From Spirochaetota bacterium (GTDB taxonomy: Bacteria; Spirochaetota; UBA4802; JAFGDQ01), in NCBI GenBank assembly GCA_043803405.1, contig JAZDKB010000043.1, positions 22,143-86,142 on the forward strand: 64,000 bases of DNA, written 5' to 3'. The notes below the pieces were generated by a model. That model was not told where the DNA came from. It saw only the letters and a list, made by a program, of their open reading frames with translations, and made no database searches. A program made the translations under genes and the position numbers. Shown in pieces: positions 49,002 to 58,954 of the stretch (position 1 is its first letter; each line of letters opens with the position of its first letter).

Positions 49002-50252
49002 ATGAAAAATAAATCTAATATATTTTCATGGATAATAATAACGGCTTCGCTTGCCGGTCTTGCTTTGAGCGTGCTTTTGATCTTCGAATATTTCGGCGTA
49101 TCGCCTGCCGCAGCCGATGCTGTATGCTCTCGCGGGCGCGGAGGCATTAATGCGTGCACCATTGTTTCGGCAAGCCGCTTCGCTGCTTTGAGGGGAGTGC
49201 CGCTCATTGGCGATTTACCTGTAGCAGTTTTTGGATTTGTATTTTACGGCTTTATTGCAGCGCTTGTCATTTTACAATTTTTCCGGAAAAACAGCAATGA
49301 TACACTTCAAATGCATGCCGTCATTTTAGTTCTGTCAGTAGCAGCTCTTCTAAGCGATATCTTTCTATATTTTATTTCCATATTTATAATTAAGTTCGTC
49401 TGCCCTCTCTGCATTATGACTTACGCAGCAACAGCGGTCATACTGTTATTTTCGATTATACTGGTTAAGAGCAGTAAAGATTCTGCAGAAGGATCATTTA
49501 TCGAAAAAATGAAAGATTATCTTAGAAAAGAAATCCTGCTATTCGCAGTTATCGCTGTTGCTCTCGCAGCAGCCGGAATAAGCATTGGCGTAAGCGCGCG
49601 CATGATTGCGCAAACAAAGGAATCCTCGACTTATGAAGAACGATTGAAAGGCGCCATACGCCGGTACGAAACTGCAAAGGCCGCTACTATTGATTTAAAA
49701 AATAGTATCTATACCGGCAAACAGGATGCCCCTGTAAGTTTCGTTGTATTCTTTGATTTTACTTGCAGCCATTGCAGCGAAGAAATGCTGATACTTGAAG
49801 ACCTGTTAAAAAAATATGAAAATGCTATTGCAATTTCATTTAAAAATTTTCCATTGAACGGAGACTGCACTGAACTCGAAAACAGTAAAGCAGACAGCGA
49901 TGCAGAAAGTTGCATTGCTGCTGCAGCAGGTTTATGCGCGGACCGTCAGGGAAAATTCATGGAATATGCAAAACTGCTTTTTAAGAATTATCATAATGAA
50001 AAGATCGGTTTTACAAAAAAATCGGTACGGAACGCAGCTCAGACAGCAGGCTTAAACATACTGGGTTTTGACACCTGCTTTTTATCAAAAGAGATAAAAG
50101 ACCAGCTGTTGCTGGAAATAAAAGAAGCAGAAAAAATCGGGGTAGAGAGTACTCCGGCTATATTTCTCAATGGAAGACTATTGGCCGGAAAATCCCGCAA
50201 AGCGGATATGCTCGAAGGGCTGGTGCAGTATTGCCTAAAAAGAAATAAATAA
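49002..50252 (+). CDS. VKOR-domain / DsbA-like thioredoxin fusion
   Basis: C...C..V.AS loop cysteines, CPLC, then FDFTCSHC, FPLNGDC and STPAIF. Confidence 0.85.
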   Translation: MKNKSNIFSWIIITASLAGLALSVLLIFEYFGVSPAAADAVCSRGRGGINACTIVSASRFAALRGVPLIGDLPVAVFGFVFYGFIAALVILQFFRKNSNDTLQMHAVILVLSVAALLSDIFLYFISIFIIKFVCPLCIMTYAATAVILLFSIILVKSSKDSAEGSFIEKMKDYLRKEILLFAVIAVALAAAGISIGVSARMIAQTKESSTYEERLKGAIRRYETAKAATIDLKNSIYTGKQDAPVSFVVFFDFTCSHCSEEMLILEDLLKKYENAIAISFKNFPLNGDCTELENSKADSDAESCIAAAAGLCADRQGKFMEYAKLLFKNYHNEKIGFTKKSVRNAAQTAGLNILGFDTCFLSKEIKDQLLLEIKEAEKIGVESTPAIFLNGRLLAGKSRKADMLEGLVQYCLKRNK

Positions 50253-50285
50253 ATTTTAATAATTATAATTTTTAGGAGAAATAAA

Positions 50286-51335
50286 ATGTCCGATTCAGTA
50301 ACAAAAAAACTTTCTTTTCTTGACCGTTATTTAACTCTATGGATATTCCTTGCCATGGCAATAGGCGTAGGACTTGGATATTTTGTTCCTTCAACCGCAG
50401 CCTTCTGGAACCAGTTCCAGAGCGGCACAACCAATATCCCCATTGCTATTGGCCTTATACTCATGATGTACCCGCCTCTCGCAAAAGTAAAGTATGAAGA
50501 GCTCGGTGACGTATTCAGAAACTGGAAAATACTTCTGCTGTCTCTCGTGCAAAACTGGATAATTGGGCCTGTGCTGATGTTCTTTCTTGCAATCACCTTC
50601 CTTGCCGGATACCCGGAATATATGGTAGGCCTAATAATGATAGGCCTCGCGCGATGCATCGCAATGGTAATAGTGTGGAACGAACTCGCGTGCGGAGATA
50701 CCGAGTACGCAGCAGGGCTTGTCGCATTTAACAGCATTTTTCAGGTACTTTTTTTCAGCGTGTATGCTTGGTTCTTCATAACAGTACTGCCTCCGATGTT
50801 CGGGCTTAAGGGCAGCGCAGTGGACATTACAATAGGCCAGATCGCGGAAAGCGTCTTTATTTATCTCGGTATACCTTTTATTGCAGGAATAATCACGAGA
50901 TTCACGCTTATCAAATTAAAAAACAAAGTATGGTATCACTCAAAATTTATTCCCAGGATAAGCCCGATCACCCTTATAGCGCTTCTGTTTACGATTGTCG
51001 TTATGTTCAGCCTCAAAGGCGAATACATAGTAAAAATACCCATGGACGTTGTACGCATCGCAATTCCGCTTTTAATATATTTTATTGTAATGTTTCTGTT
51101 AAGCTTTTTCATGAGCAAAAAAGTCGGAGCCGATTATCCGAAATCAGCTACCCTTTCTTTCACTGCGGCAAGCAACAACTTTGAGCTTGCAATAGCAGTA
51201 GCTGTCGCTGTTTTCGGAATCAATTCGGGAGCTGCTTTTGCCGCAGTTATAGGCCCGCTGGTTGAAGTCCCTGTGCTTATCGGGCTTGTGAATGTGGCGC
51301 TGTATTTCAGAAAGAAATACTTTGCAAAGGCTTAA
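50286..51335 (+). CDS. acr3: ACR3-family arsenite efflux transporter
   Basis: [40 protein letters not shown]. Confidence 0.95.
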   Translation: MSDSVTKKLSFLDRYLTLWIFLAMAIGVGLGYFVPSTAAFWNQFQSGTTNIPIAIGLILMMYPPLAKVKYEELGDVFRNWKILLLSLVQNWIIGPVLMFFLAITFLAGYPEYMVGLIMIGLARCIAMVIVWNELACGDTEYAAGLVAFNSIFQVLFFSVYAWFFITVLPPMFGLKGSAVDITIGQIAESVFIYLGIPFIAGIITRFTLIKLKNKVWYHSKFIPRISPITLIALLFTIVVMFSLKGEYIVKIPMDVVRIAIPLLIYFIVMFLLSFFMSKKVGADYPKSATLSFTAASNNFELAIAVAVAVFGINSGAAFAAVIGPLVEVPVLIGLVNVALYFRKKYFAKA

Positions 51336-51356
51336 GCAACTAAGGGGTAAAATACA

Positions 51357-51470
51357 ATCCAAAAAAGAATTATAAAACTCAGTTTAATTGCTGCAGGTGC
51401 ATTACTGTCAACCGCGTTCTTATCCGCGCAGCCCTCGATTCATTTTGAAAAACTGGAACACGATTTCGGC
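51357..51470 (+). pseudogene. Truncated DUF1573-like exported protein remnant
   Basis: AAGGGG RBS, ATC in place of ATG, signal peptide, then AQPSIHFEKLEHDFG; the sequence then becomes AT-rich junk. Confidence 0.55.
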
Positions 51471-51605
51471 CTACAGATAAGACCTTTAAATATTATAATT
51501 ATTAATATTTGGAACCATTATTAAAATGAAAGGTCTAAGAAACTATATTCGACTTGCGTTTTTCATCTAAACAATTATAATTATTTACGCGTTGCCGGAG
51601 GCATT

Positions 51606-52349
51606 ATGGAACTTATTCACGCTGACGATTTAAAAAAGAATTACCCTGTAGGCGAAATAACCGTATCCGCGCTAAAGGGCTTGAGTTTCTCGATTGAGAC
51701 TTCTTCGTTTATTTCGTTCGTCGGGCCTTCAGGAAGCGGCAAGACCACGCTTCTCAACATTCTCGGCTGTCTCGATACCCCGACAAGCGGAAATGTCCTG
51801 ATAGACGGAACCGACATTTTAAAACTAAACAGAAATGAAAGAGCTGATTTTCGCGGGCAGAATATAGGTTTTATTTTTCAGGATTTTAACCTTATGCCGG
51901 TGCTCACTGTTTTTGAGAATATTGAATATCCGCTGATAATGATACAAAACGTGCAAAAGGATGAACGTATAAAACGCGTCAGCAAACTCCTTACTGAGGT
52001 CGGGATGGAAGATCAAAAGGACAAGTACCCTGACCAGATATCCGGCGGGCAGAAGCAGCGCGTGGCCATCGCCCGCGCCCTCGCGACAAATCCGAAAATA
52101 GTGCTCGCGGACGAACCCACTGCCAACCTCGACCATGAAACCGCTTACAAGGTCATCGGGATCATGAAAAAAATGAAGGACGAGTTCGGCACTACTTTTA
52201 TTTTTTCCACTCACGACCAGAAAATAGTCGGCGAGGCAGAGATAATTTACACGCTTGAAGACGGCCTGCTGACAGGGAGAAAGGTTATCACGCGAAAGAA
52301 AGTAAAGAAACAATCGATAGGAGGGAAAGCTCATGCAAAGCATAATTAA
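51606..52349 (+). CDS. ABC transporter ATP-binding protein (LolD/MacB-like)
   Basis: [30 protein letters not shown]. Confidence 0.93.
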   Translation: MELIHADDLKKNYPVGEITVSALKGLSFSIETSSFISFVGPSGSGKTTLLNILGCLDTPTSGNVLIDGTDILKLNRNERADFRGQNIGFIFQDFNLMPVLTVFENIEYPLIMIQNVQKDERIKRVSKLLTEVGMEDQKDKYPDQISGGQKQRVAIARALATNPKIVLADEPTANLDHETAYKVIGIMKKMKDEFGTTFIFSTHDQKIVGEAEIIYTLEDGLLTGRKVITRKKVKKQSIGGKAHAKHN

Positions 52350-53568
52350 AATAGCCCTTCGCAACCTTATACGCTATAAACGCCGCACCATATTGACAAT
52401 GTCCCTCATCAGCATAGGAGTTGTTTTCGTAGTGTTATATATAGCGGTTTCAGGATCATTTAAAAGCCTTATAATCGGACAGATCACGGATTCAATGCTC
52501 GGCCATGCACAGATACACAGAAAGGGATTTGTTGCCTCAATAGACAATCTGCCTCTTAATCTCACCCTTAACATGCAGGAGTACAGTGTAATTGAAGACA
52601 TATTAAAAAATCAGAAAAACGTGGAAGCTTATTCCCCGCGCGTAAAGCTGGGAGGCATGTTCAGCAATTTTGCTGAAACAACAAATATACGGCTTAACGG
52701 AATATATCCGGAAAAAGAATTTAAAACAACGCCGTTGCTCCCAAAAAGAATTATCAAGGGAAGCGCGTCTCTTAATCGCGGAGAAATACTCATCCCCGAG
52801 CTTTTAGCGCAGGGCATGAAGGTGAAGCCCGGCGGTCAGGCTGTTATTATCGCAACGAACAGGGACGGGTCCGTGAACGGGATGCAATTTACCGTTTCAG
52901 GCATACTAAGCAGCGTTGTGGGGACTGGCGGCCGGGACGGATACATTAATTTTGACGATGCGGTTGAACTCCTCCGTATGGAAAAGCCCGAAGTCAGCGA
53001 GATCGCGATCCGCCTTAAAGATTTTAACAAACTCGGGGATTTTGAAAAGTACATAAAAAAAACGATCATGGGGCTTACGAGTGACAAAAAACCGGTTTAC
53101 GAAGCGCATACATGGGAAGGCCTTTCACCTTTCGTGAACATTGCGAACATGGTGGATGTAATGACTTTTTTTATACGCATAATGCTCATCGCAATAGTGC
53201 TTATAAGCATAATGAACGTAATGACAATGGCGGTTTATGAACGGATAAGAGAGATAGGAACAGTGGCAGCCATAGGCACAAAGCCTGGGAAAATACTTTT
53301 AATGTATCTCACTGAAAGTTTCTTTCTTGGGATTGCCGGCTCCGTTACAGGTATAATTCTCGGTTTTATTATAATAGCAATAATAAACGCCGTCGGAGTG
53401 ACATTTGACTTCGGCAGGCAGGAAGGCCTTGTAATACACGCTTCCCTCGGAGCTATTCAAAGTATTGTTATAATGTTAACTGTTCTTATTGTTTCCATTG
53501 CCGGAGGGTTTTACCCTGCATATAAAGCATCCATGATGGAACCGGTCGAAGCCCTGAGGCACGTATAG
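52333..53568 (+). CDS. ABC transporter permease (LolC/E/FtsX-like)
   Basis: ALRNL.R.KRR, ERIREIG, YPAYKA..MEPVEALR. Confidence 0.9.
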   Translation: MQSIIKIALRNLIRYKRRTILTMSLISIGVVFVVLYIAVSGSFKSLIIGQITDSMLGHAQIHRKGFVASIDNLPLNLTLNMQEYSVIEDILKNQKNVEAYSPRVKLGGMFSNFAETTNIRLNGIYPEKEFKTTPLLPKRIIKGSASLNRGEILIPELLAQGMKVKPGGQAVIIATNRDGSVNGMQFTVSGILSSVVGTGGRDGYINFDDAVELLRMEKPEVSEIAIRLKDFNKLGDFEKYIKKTIMGLTSDKKPVYEAHTWEGLSPFVNIANMVDVMTFFIRIMLIAIVLISIMNVMTMAVYERIREIGTVAAIGTKPGKILLMYLTESFFLGIAGSVTGIILGFIIIAIINAVGVTFDFGRQEGLVIHASLGAIQSIVIMLTVLIVSIAGGFYPAYKASMMEPVEALRHV

Positions 53569-53596
53569 CATATTGTATTTTCGGAGGACGCCATAT

Positions 53597-54328
53597 ATGA
53601 AAAAAATAATTCTGTCTTTAATAATACTACTTGCAGGCATAAGCCAGGTTAAAAGCGAGGACAATGAAGGTCTTCTTCGCGAGATAGACAGAAACCTTAA
53701 CCCGGACTCTTATGAGTCATTGCGAAAGATCGTAAACATTGAACCCGACGGACGGAAGAAAGAGTACGTTCTATTCAGCCTTAAAAAAGGCACAGATAAA
53801 GTGATAGCTCTCTTCTTATCGCCCGCAAGCGATAAAGGGAGAAGTACTCTCCGGCTTGGAGACAACATGTGGCTTTATGTTCCCAATGTAGGAAAACCCA
53901 TCCGCATCACATCCCTTCAGTCCGTTATTGGCGGAGTATTCAATAATGCGGATATACTCGCGCTGGATTACAGCGCCGAATATAATGTCGAAAAACTTGA
54001 AGAAAAAGGCGGACAGTATATTCTTAATCTCAAAGCAAAAAATAAAACCGTTGCTTATGACCGGATTCGTTTATGGGCGGATAAAGAAAAGAAATTACCT
54101 GTAAAAATAGAATGCATGACTGAAAAAAGCATGCTCATTAAAACCCTTACTTTTAAAAACATAAAAGACTTCGGGGGCGGAATAATAAGGCCGTCGGTAA
54201 TAGAGACAACAAGTCCTTTGTATAAAGGGTACAAGTCTTTGATGATTTTTTCAAAGATCAAACAAAGGACGGTCAAAGATGAAGTGTTCACGCTGTCGTT
54301 CATGCCCCGAGTGGAATCTTTGAGATAA
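53597..54328 (+). CDS. Outer membrane lipoprotein-sorting (LolA-like) protein
   Basis: Signal peptide; FLSPASDKG, NMWLYVP; GGAGG RBS before the ATG at 53597. Confidence 0.8.
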   Translation: MKKIILSLIILLAGISQVKSEDNEGLLREIDRNLNPDSYESLRKIVNIEPDGRKKEYVLFSLKKGTDKVIALFLSPASDKGRSTLRLGDNMWLYVPNVGKPIRITSLQSVIGGVFNNADILALDYSAEYNVEKLEEKGGQYILNLKAKNKTVAYDRIRLWADKEKKLPVKIECMTEKSMLIKTLTFKNIKDFGGGIIRPSVIETTSPLYKGYKSLMIFSKIKQRTVKDEVFTLSFMPRVESLR

Positions 54329-54331
54329 ATA

Positions 54332-55639
54332 ATGAAATCTTTGTATGTCCTGTGCACATTCGTCCTTTTCTCTTTCATGGGAACATTTTTATACGCTGAA
54401 GAAAACGCGGATTATGATTTCAACGATACGGAATTCGAAAAGAAGTTATTTTCTTTCGCCGGTTATTCAGAGTTTTTCCCTTCGCTTTTTATCGCGGACA
54501 GAAAGGCCGCACTTTACCGTCTTAAATATCATGACAATGATCCGGGAAATCCGTACGCGGACGCGTACGCAAGGCTGCAGCCCGAAGCAACACTCGAAAA
54601 AGGCATATTCAAGGCATTCGTCAGGGCAAATGGATACGCGGAATACGCTGAAAATGAATGGAATTACGACGCTCTTCTCTATGAAGGCTATGCCACACTC
54701 AAACCGAATGAGCATATAATAATAGACTCAGGGAAAAAAACAATGAAATGGGGCAAGGGTTACGCGTGGAACCCTGCCGCGTTTATAGACAGGCCCAAAA
54801 ATCCCGATGATCCCGAGCTCGCGAACGAAGGTTTCGTTATCGCCTCAACGGACTTTATTTTTAGCTTTAACAGCCCGTTAAAGACCGTTGCGCTTACTCC
54901 GGTTGCAGTGCCGGTATATAAAAAAATCAATGATGATTTCAGCGAAACCGAAGACTGGAACTATGCTGGGAAACTCTATCTGCTTTTTTTTGATACTGAT
55001 ATCGATATTATGTTCCTCGCGGGTGACAGCAGGGACGACCGGTACGGTGCCGATATTTCCAGGAACATAGGCACAAATTTTGAGATACACGGAGAATTCG
55101 CATATATCCCGGATTATACGAAACGTTATTTTGACAGCTCAGGTGTTGTGCGTGAGAAGATATTCAATGCCTCAAGCGTACTCGCAGGAATCAAGTACCT
55201 CACTGAGAAAGAAACTACTTATATTATCGAATATTACTATAACGGCACAGGCATGTCGAAGAACGACATGAAGAATTATTATAACTTTATTGACAGGGCA
55301 TATTCCTCATATCTTGAGACCGGCAGTAAAACGCTTTTAAACAAGGCATCCATGATAACAGAAGGAAATTACGGCAAGATGAGCCCAATGAAAAATTATC
55401 TTTATGCCAGAATAAGCCAGAAAGAACCGTTTGATATTCTTTACTTTACTCCTGCACTTTCTTCAATAGTAAACATTGATGATTCGAGTTTTTCACTGAC
55501 TCCGGAGTTGCTTTACACGGGTATCAATAATTTCGAATTCAGGTTCAGATACACCTGGCTGTATGGCAATGACAATTCGGAATACGGGGAAAAGCCCGCG
55601 GATCATAAATTTGATCTCCGCATACGCTATTTTTTTTAA
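54332..55639 (+). CDS. Hypothetical outer-membrane beta-barrel-like protein
   Basis: Signal peptide; GKK..KWGKGYAWNP; terminal RYFF; operonic with the ABC and LolA-like genes. Confidence 0.7.
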   Translation: MKSLYVLCTFVLFSFMGTFLYAEENADYDFNDTEFEKKLFSFAGYSEFFPSLFIADRKAALYRLKYHDNDPGNPYADAYARLQPEATLEKGIFKAFVRANGYAEYAENEWNYDALLYEGYATLKPNEHIIIDSGKKTMKWGKGYAWNPAAFIDRPKNPDDPELANEGFVIASTDFIFSFNSPLKTVALTPVAVPVYKKINDDFSETEDWNYAGKLYLLFFDTDIDIMFLAGDSRDDRYGADISRNIGTNFEIHGEFAYIPDYTKRYFDSSGVVREKIFNASSVLAGIKYLTEKETTYIIEYYYNGTGMSKNDMKNYYNFIDRAYSSYLETGSKTLLNKASMITEGNYGKMSPMKNYLYARISQKEPFDILYFTPALSSIVNIDDSSFSLTPELLYTGINNFEFRFRYTWLYGNDNSEYGEKPADHKFDLRIRYFF

Positions 55640-55770
55640 AACCTTTTTGTTTAAAACTTTTCGTAATCTTCCTAATTTGCCTCTGTCCTGATATTAATTT
55701 TTCCTTTCTGAGCAAGCTTAGTGATAAAAAAATTAACGCTGGCTTTTTATTGAAAGTTTAAATTTATTTA

Positions 55771-56583
55771 CTATTGCAGTTTAACAGCTTCGACTTCCAG
55801 CCTCACCATGCTAACATGAGCCAGGCCGCACTCATCAAGAGGGAATTTTTGCAGGTACAGATTTATTGTCTTGTGAATAAAATCGTCCTGCTTTTCTTTC
55901 GGTATTCTGTCAGTATAAGGCATCCAGGTAGTTCTGAACCAGCCTGCAAGGCCTTCGGCTCCATGCTGTGTCATGTCCTTCCTTATAAGTTCTGCGCGTA
56001 CTAGTTCAAGGTCTGCCTGCTGCAGCCAGTCGCAATATTCATCAGGAGCAGGAAAATTATAAGGGAAAACAAATTCCTTAAAATACTGCGCCCACTGTTT
56101 CTCTTCCATAAGTTTATGAGCAACCTCGATTATATCCTGTGCATTGCCTTTGCCGCCCATCTGAAACAATATCCTTCCGGATTGTTTCAAGCTTTTCTTT
56201 ACTCCATCCAGAACAGCAGCCTGGTCTTTTATCCAGTGAAGTACAGCATTTGAAAACGCAATATCAAATTTATTTTCGAAGTCTAGTCTGGTTGCATCCA
56301 TTTTAATGAAAAATAATTCAGGATATTTTTCCGGTGGGTGGTTCTTTTTTGCAAGGGCGATCATGTCAGCGGAGCTGTCAATGCCTGTAACGCTCCCACC
56401 GGCCAGATACGAACACAAAAGCGCAGTGACCTTCCCGTCACCGCACCCGATATCGAGTACAGACTCGCTGCCTTTCAGGTTCAGTTTGCCTGTAAGCTCC
56501 TTTGCCCACTTGTACTGTGCTTCGGACTGCTTTGCGTAATCCTCAGAGTCCCAGGTATACGATTTTTGATTCCCGTTGCTCAT
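55771..56583 (-). CDS. Class I SAM-dependent methyltransferase (trans-aconitate methyltransferase-like)
   Basis: VLDIGCGDG, FSNAVLHW, VRLEVEA. Confidence 0.85.
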   Translation of the reverse strand: MSNGNQKSYTWDSEDYAKQSEAQYKWAKELTGKLNLKGSESVLDIGCGDGKVTALLCSYLAGGSVTGIDSSADMIALAKKNHPPEKYPELFFIKMDATRLDFENKFDIAFSNAVLHWIKDQAAVLDGVKKSLKQSGRILFQMGGKGNAQDIIEVAHKLMEEKQWAQYFKEFVFPYNFPAPDEYCDWLQQADLELVRAELIRKDMTQHGAEGLAGWFRTTWMPYTDRIPKEKQDDFIHKTINLYLQKFPLDECGLAHVSMVRLEVEAVKLQ

Positions 56584-56804
56584 TCCGTTTATTTTAGCCT
56601 TCTTTTGATGCTCTGTGCATATACCTAATTATTATTAAGAGTTTATCTCAAAGTCTATTATGAGATCGTAATACGCGACAATATAGCAATATATATATTG
56701 GGATGACATCTAAATATTCAGCCAAAATCAATAAAAATAATGCTTATATTTTAGCAAATTTTTATATAAAGCATAATTTTGCCGCAGGTAGTTAAAAGGA
56801 TATA

Positions 56805-56834
56805 AAAAAAAACCCTGCAACAAACCAGGGCTTT
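56805..56834 (-). terminator. Intrinsic terminator downstream of tRNA-Gly
   Basis: CCCTG...CAGGG stem followed by a T-run on the minus strand. Confidence 0.6.
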
Positions 56835-56837
56835 CTG

Positions 56838-56909
<72 letters not shown>

Positions 56910-56970
56910 TTATTATTTGAATAAGCAATATTATAAATATGAGTTTTTAATTTCAAGAATTATTTTTGAG

Positions 56971-57636
56971 CTACTGTTCAAGCACAAATTGAATAGGAAG
57001 CTGATACACCATTTTAACAGGCTTGCCCTTAACTTTACCTGGTCTGAATCGCAGCCTGTTCGCGACTTTTAAGGCAGCTTCATCAAAACCGAAGCCCGCA
57101 GGCTGGGAGACAACCTTTGCGCTTTTTACCGTTCCCCTTTCATCTATCTGCATCTGAAGAGTTACTGTTTTTCGGTAAATGTCTCTGGATCTTGCTTCCT
57201 GGGGGAAATAATCGTTCAAATCAAAATCGATTATTGCGATCGGAGGATGGTTAGTAAGTTCGGCAAACATGTACCCGTCGGGATCGGTTCCTGTTCCGGA
57301 AATCTTGTTTATGTTCACGTCCGCGTTCTCCGCGTCTGGTTTGTCCTTGCCCGTGCCCTCTATCCATTCTTCTTTTTGAACAGGTGCGGGATTTGTGTCT
57401 CCGCCCATCTGTATCGATGGCGGCAGGTCATAGAGAAAATCAACATCCACATTTTTATTTTGCATGTTATTCGCGTCAAAAATCTTATCATCGTCTGAAG
57501 CGAATAAATGAATTTTTGGAAGATAATATATGCCGAAAATTGTTGCGTGCAGTATAAATGAAACAATAAAGCAGCGCCTGAACAGATCCATTTGACGGAA
57601 TTTTTGTATGATTATTTGATGTAAGCTTAATGTCAT
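56971..57636 (-). CDS. tonB: Energy transducer TonB
   Basis: N-terminal SFILH TM motif; C-terminal FPQEAR...IDERG...GFDEAA...FRPG. Confidence 0.88.
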   Translation of the reverse strand: MTLSLHQIIIQKFRQMDLFRRCFIVSFILHATIFGIYYLPKIHLFASDDDKIFDANNMQNKNVDVDFLYDLPPSIQMGGDTNPAPVQKEEWIEGTGKDKPDAENADVNINKISGTGTDPDGYMFAELTNHPPIAIIDFDLNDYFPQEARSRDIYRKTVTLQMQIDERGTVKSAKVVSQPAGFGFDEAALKVANRLRFRPGKVKGKPVKMVYQLPIQFVLEQ

Positions 57637-57651
57637 AACATGATTTGCTGT

Positions 57652-58053
57652 TTAGCGTTTAACAGATAATGCGATGCGGGTAACGCCTGCCTGGCGGATT
57701 AGCCCCATAACGCGCGCGATTTTTCCGTAAGGCAGCCTCTCATCGGCAGATAGCGTAACCCTCATGTTAGGTCTGTACTTTGCTTCCTGCGCGAGCTTTA
57801 AAACCATTTTTTCTTCAGTAGTCGGAGTGGTTTCCATCATAAGTTTGCCGTCAACAGTAAGGGCAATCTGCACCGACTGCTGCACATTCGGATCGGCAGC
57901 ATTGACCTTTGGAAGATTGATGTTTACGGATTCCATTTTTAGGAAATTGGCGGTTACCATAAATATTACAAGAAGCACAAGAAGAACATCCACCATTGGC
58001 GTAATATTAATATAACCGATTTCATCATCATCACTGCCCGGTAAAAATGCCAT
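57652..58053 (-). CDS. exbD: Biopolymer transporter ExbD/TolR
   Basis: INITPMVDVLLVLLVIFMVT. Confidence 0.9.
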   Translation of the reverse strand: MAFLPGSDDDEIGYINITPMVDVLLVLLVIFMVTANFLKMESVNINLPKVNAADPNVQQSVQIALTVDGKLMMETTPTTEEKMVLKLAQEAKYRPNMRVTLSADERLPYGKIARVMGLIRQAGVTRIALSVKR

Positions 58054-58059
58054 AAGCTG

Positions 58060-58722
58060 TCACCTCTTTTCATTTCTGGATTTTACAGCAGATTTTATTT
58101 TACCTGAACTTAGAGTCGCGCTTATCTCTTTGGAGAATATTTCCAGATGCTGTATGATAATTTTTACTTTTTTTGAAAAGTAATTGTTCGCCATAACAAC
58201 CGGTATTGCGATAAAAAGCCCGAACGCGGTTGCGTAAAGCGCTTTGGATATGCTTCTCATAACGACTTCCGCGCCTGTGCTGCCGAGAGTCCCCAGACCG
58301 TAAAACGCTTTGATTACACCAAGCACAGTTCCCAGAAGCCCGATGAACGGTGCGTTGTTCCCCAGGGTGTTCAGTATAGTCAGCCGCTTTTCCATAAATA
58401 TTTTTTCTTCTATTATTTTGCCAGCCATTAAATCCGCAAGCCCCTGTTCGTTTTCTTTTTCAATCGCGTGTTCAATTGTAAAGCGCGCGAATCTTGCATA
58501 TACGTTATCGCCCGCTTCTTTAACCATGTTTGCGGCTGCCTTAAGATCGCGTGTTCTTAAAAGCTTAATCAGCTCTTCGGCAAATGCCGTGATTTTTTTG
58601 CTGGAATTTTTTCTAAAGATTATCGCTCTTTCAATGCCTACTGCCAAAGCCAGAATGCTGGCAAAAAATAGCATGATAAAAACAAATGTTTCGCCGTAAT
58701 CAACTAATATTAGTTCCGACAT
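58060..58722 (-). CDS. exbB: MotA/TolQ/ExbB proton channel
   Basis: APFIGLLGTVLGVI, ALYATAFGL. Confidence 0.9.
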   Translation of the reverse strand: MSELILVDYGETFVFIMLFFASILALAVGIERAIIFRKNSSKKITAFAEELIKLLRTRDLKAAANMVKEAGDNVYARFARFTIEHAIEKENEQGLADLMAGKIIEEKIFMEKRLTILNTLGNNAPFIGLLGTVLGVIKAFYGLGTLGSTGAEVVMRSISKALYATAFGLFIAIPVVMANNYFSKKVKIIIQHLEIFSKEISATLSSGKIKSAVKSRNEKR

Positions 58723-58954
58723 ATACTCTCTCTTGAAAAATTATTAGGACTTACTCTAAGCATCCTGCCAATTTAAATACTGCATTAGCTGTCGCGCAAT
58801 CAAAAAATATATAAATTTTTCACCTGATATATTAAAAATTTAATAAAATAAATTATCAATATTTTGAATAATACTTGATTACAATTATCAAAAAATATAT
58901 AATTTATATATAAAAAAATTAAAATTGTTATTTTTAAGACTTTTGCATTTTTCC

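Noticed and set aside
55771-56583. Arsenite methyltransferase ArsM
   Set aside because: Lacks the ArsM Cys motifs, has the Tam-like SNAVLHW motif, and is on the opposite strand outside the ars cluster.
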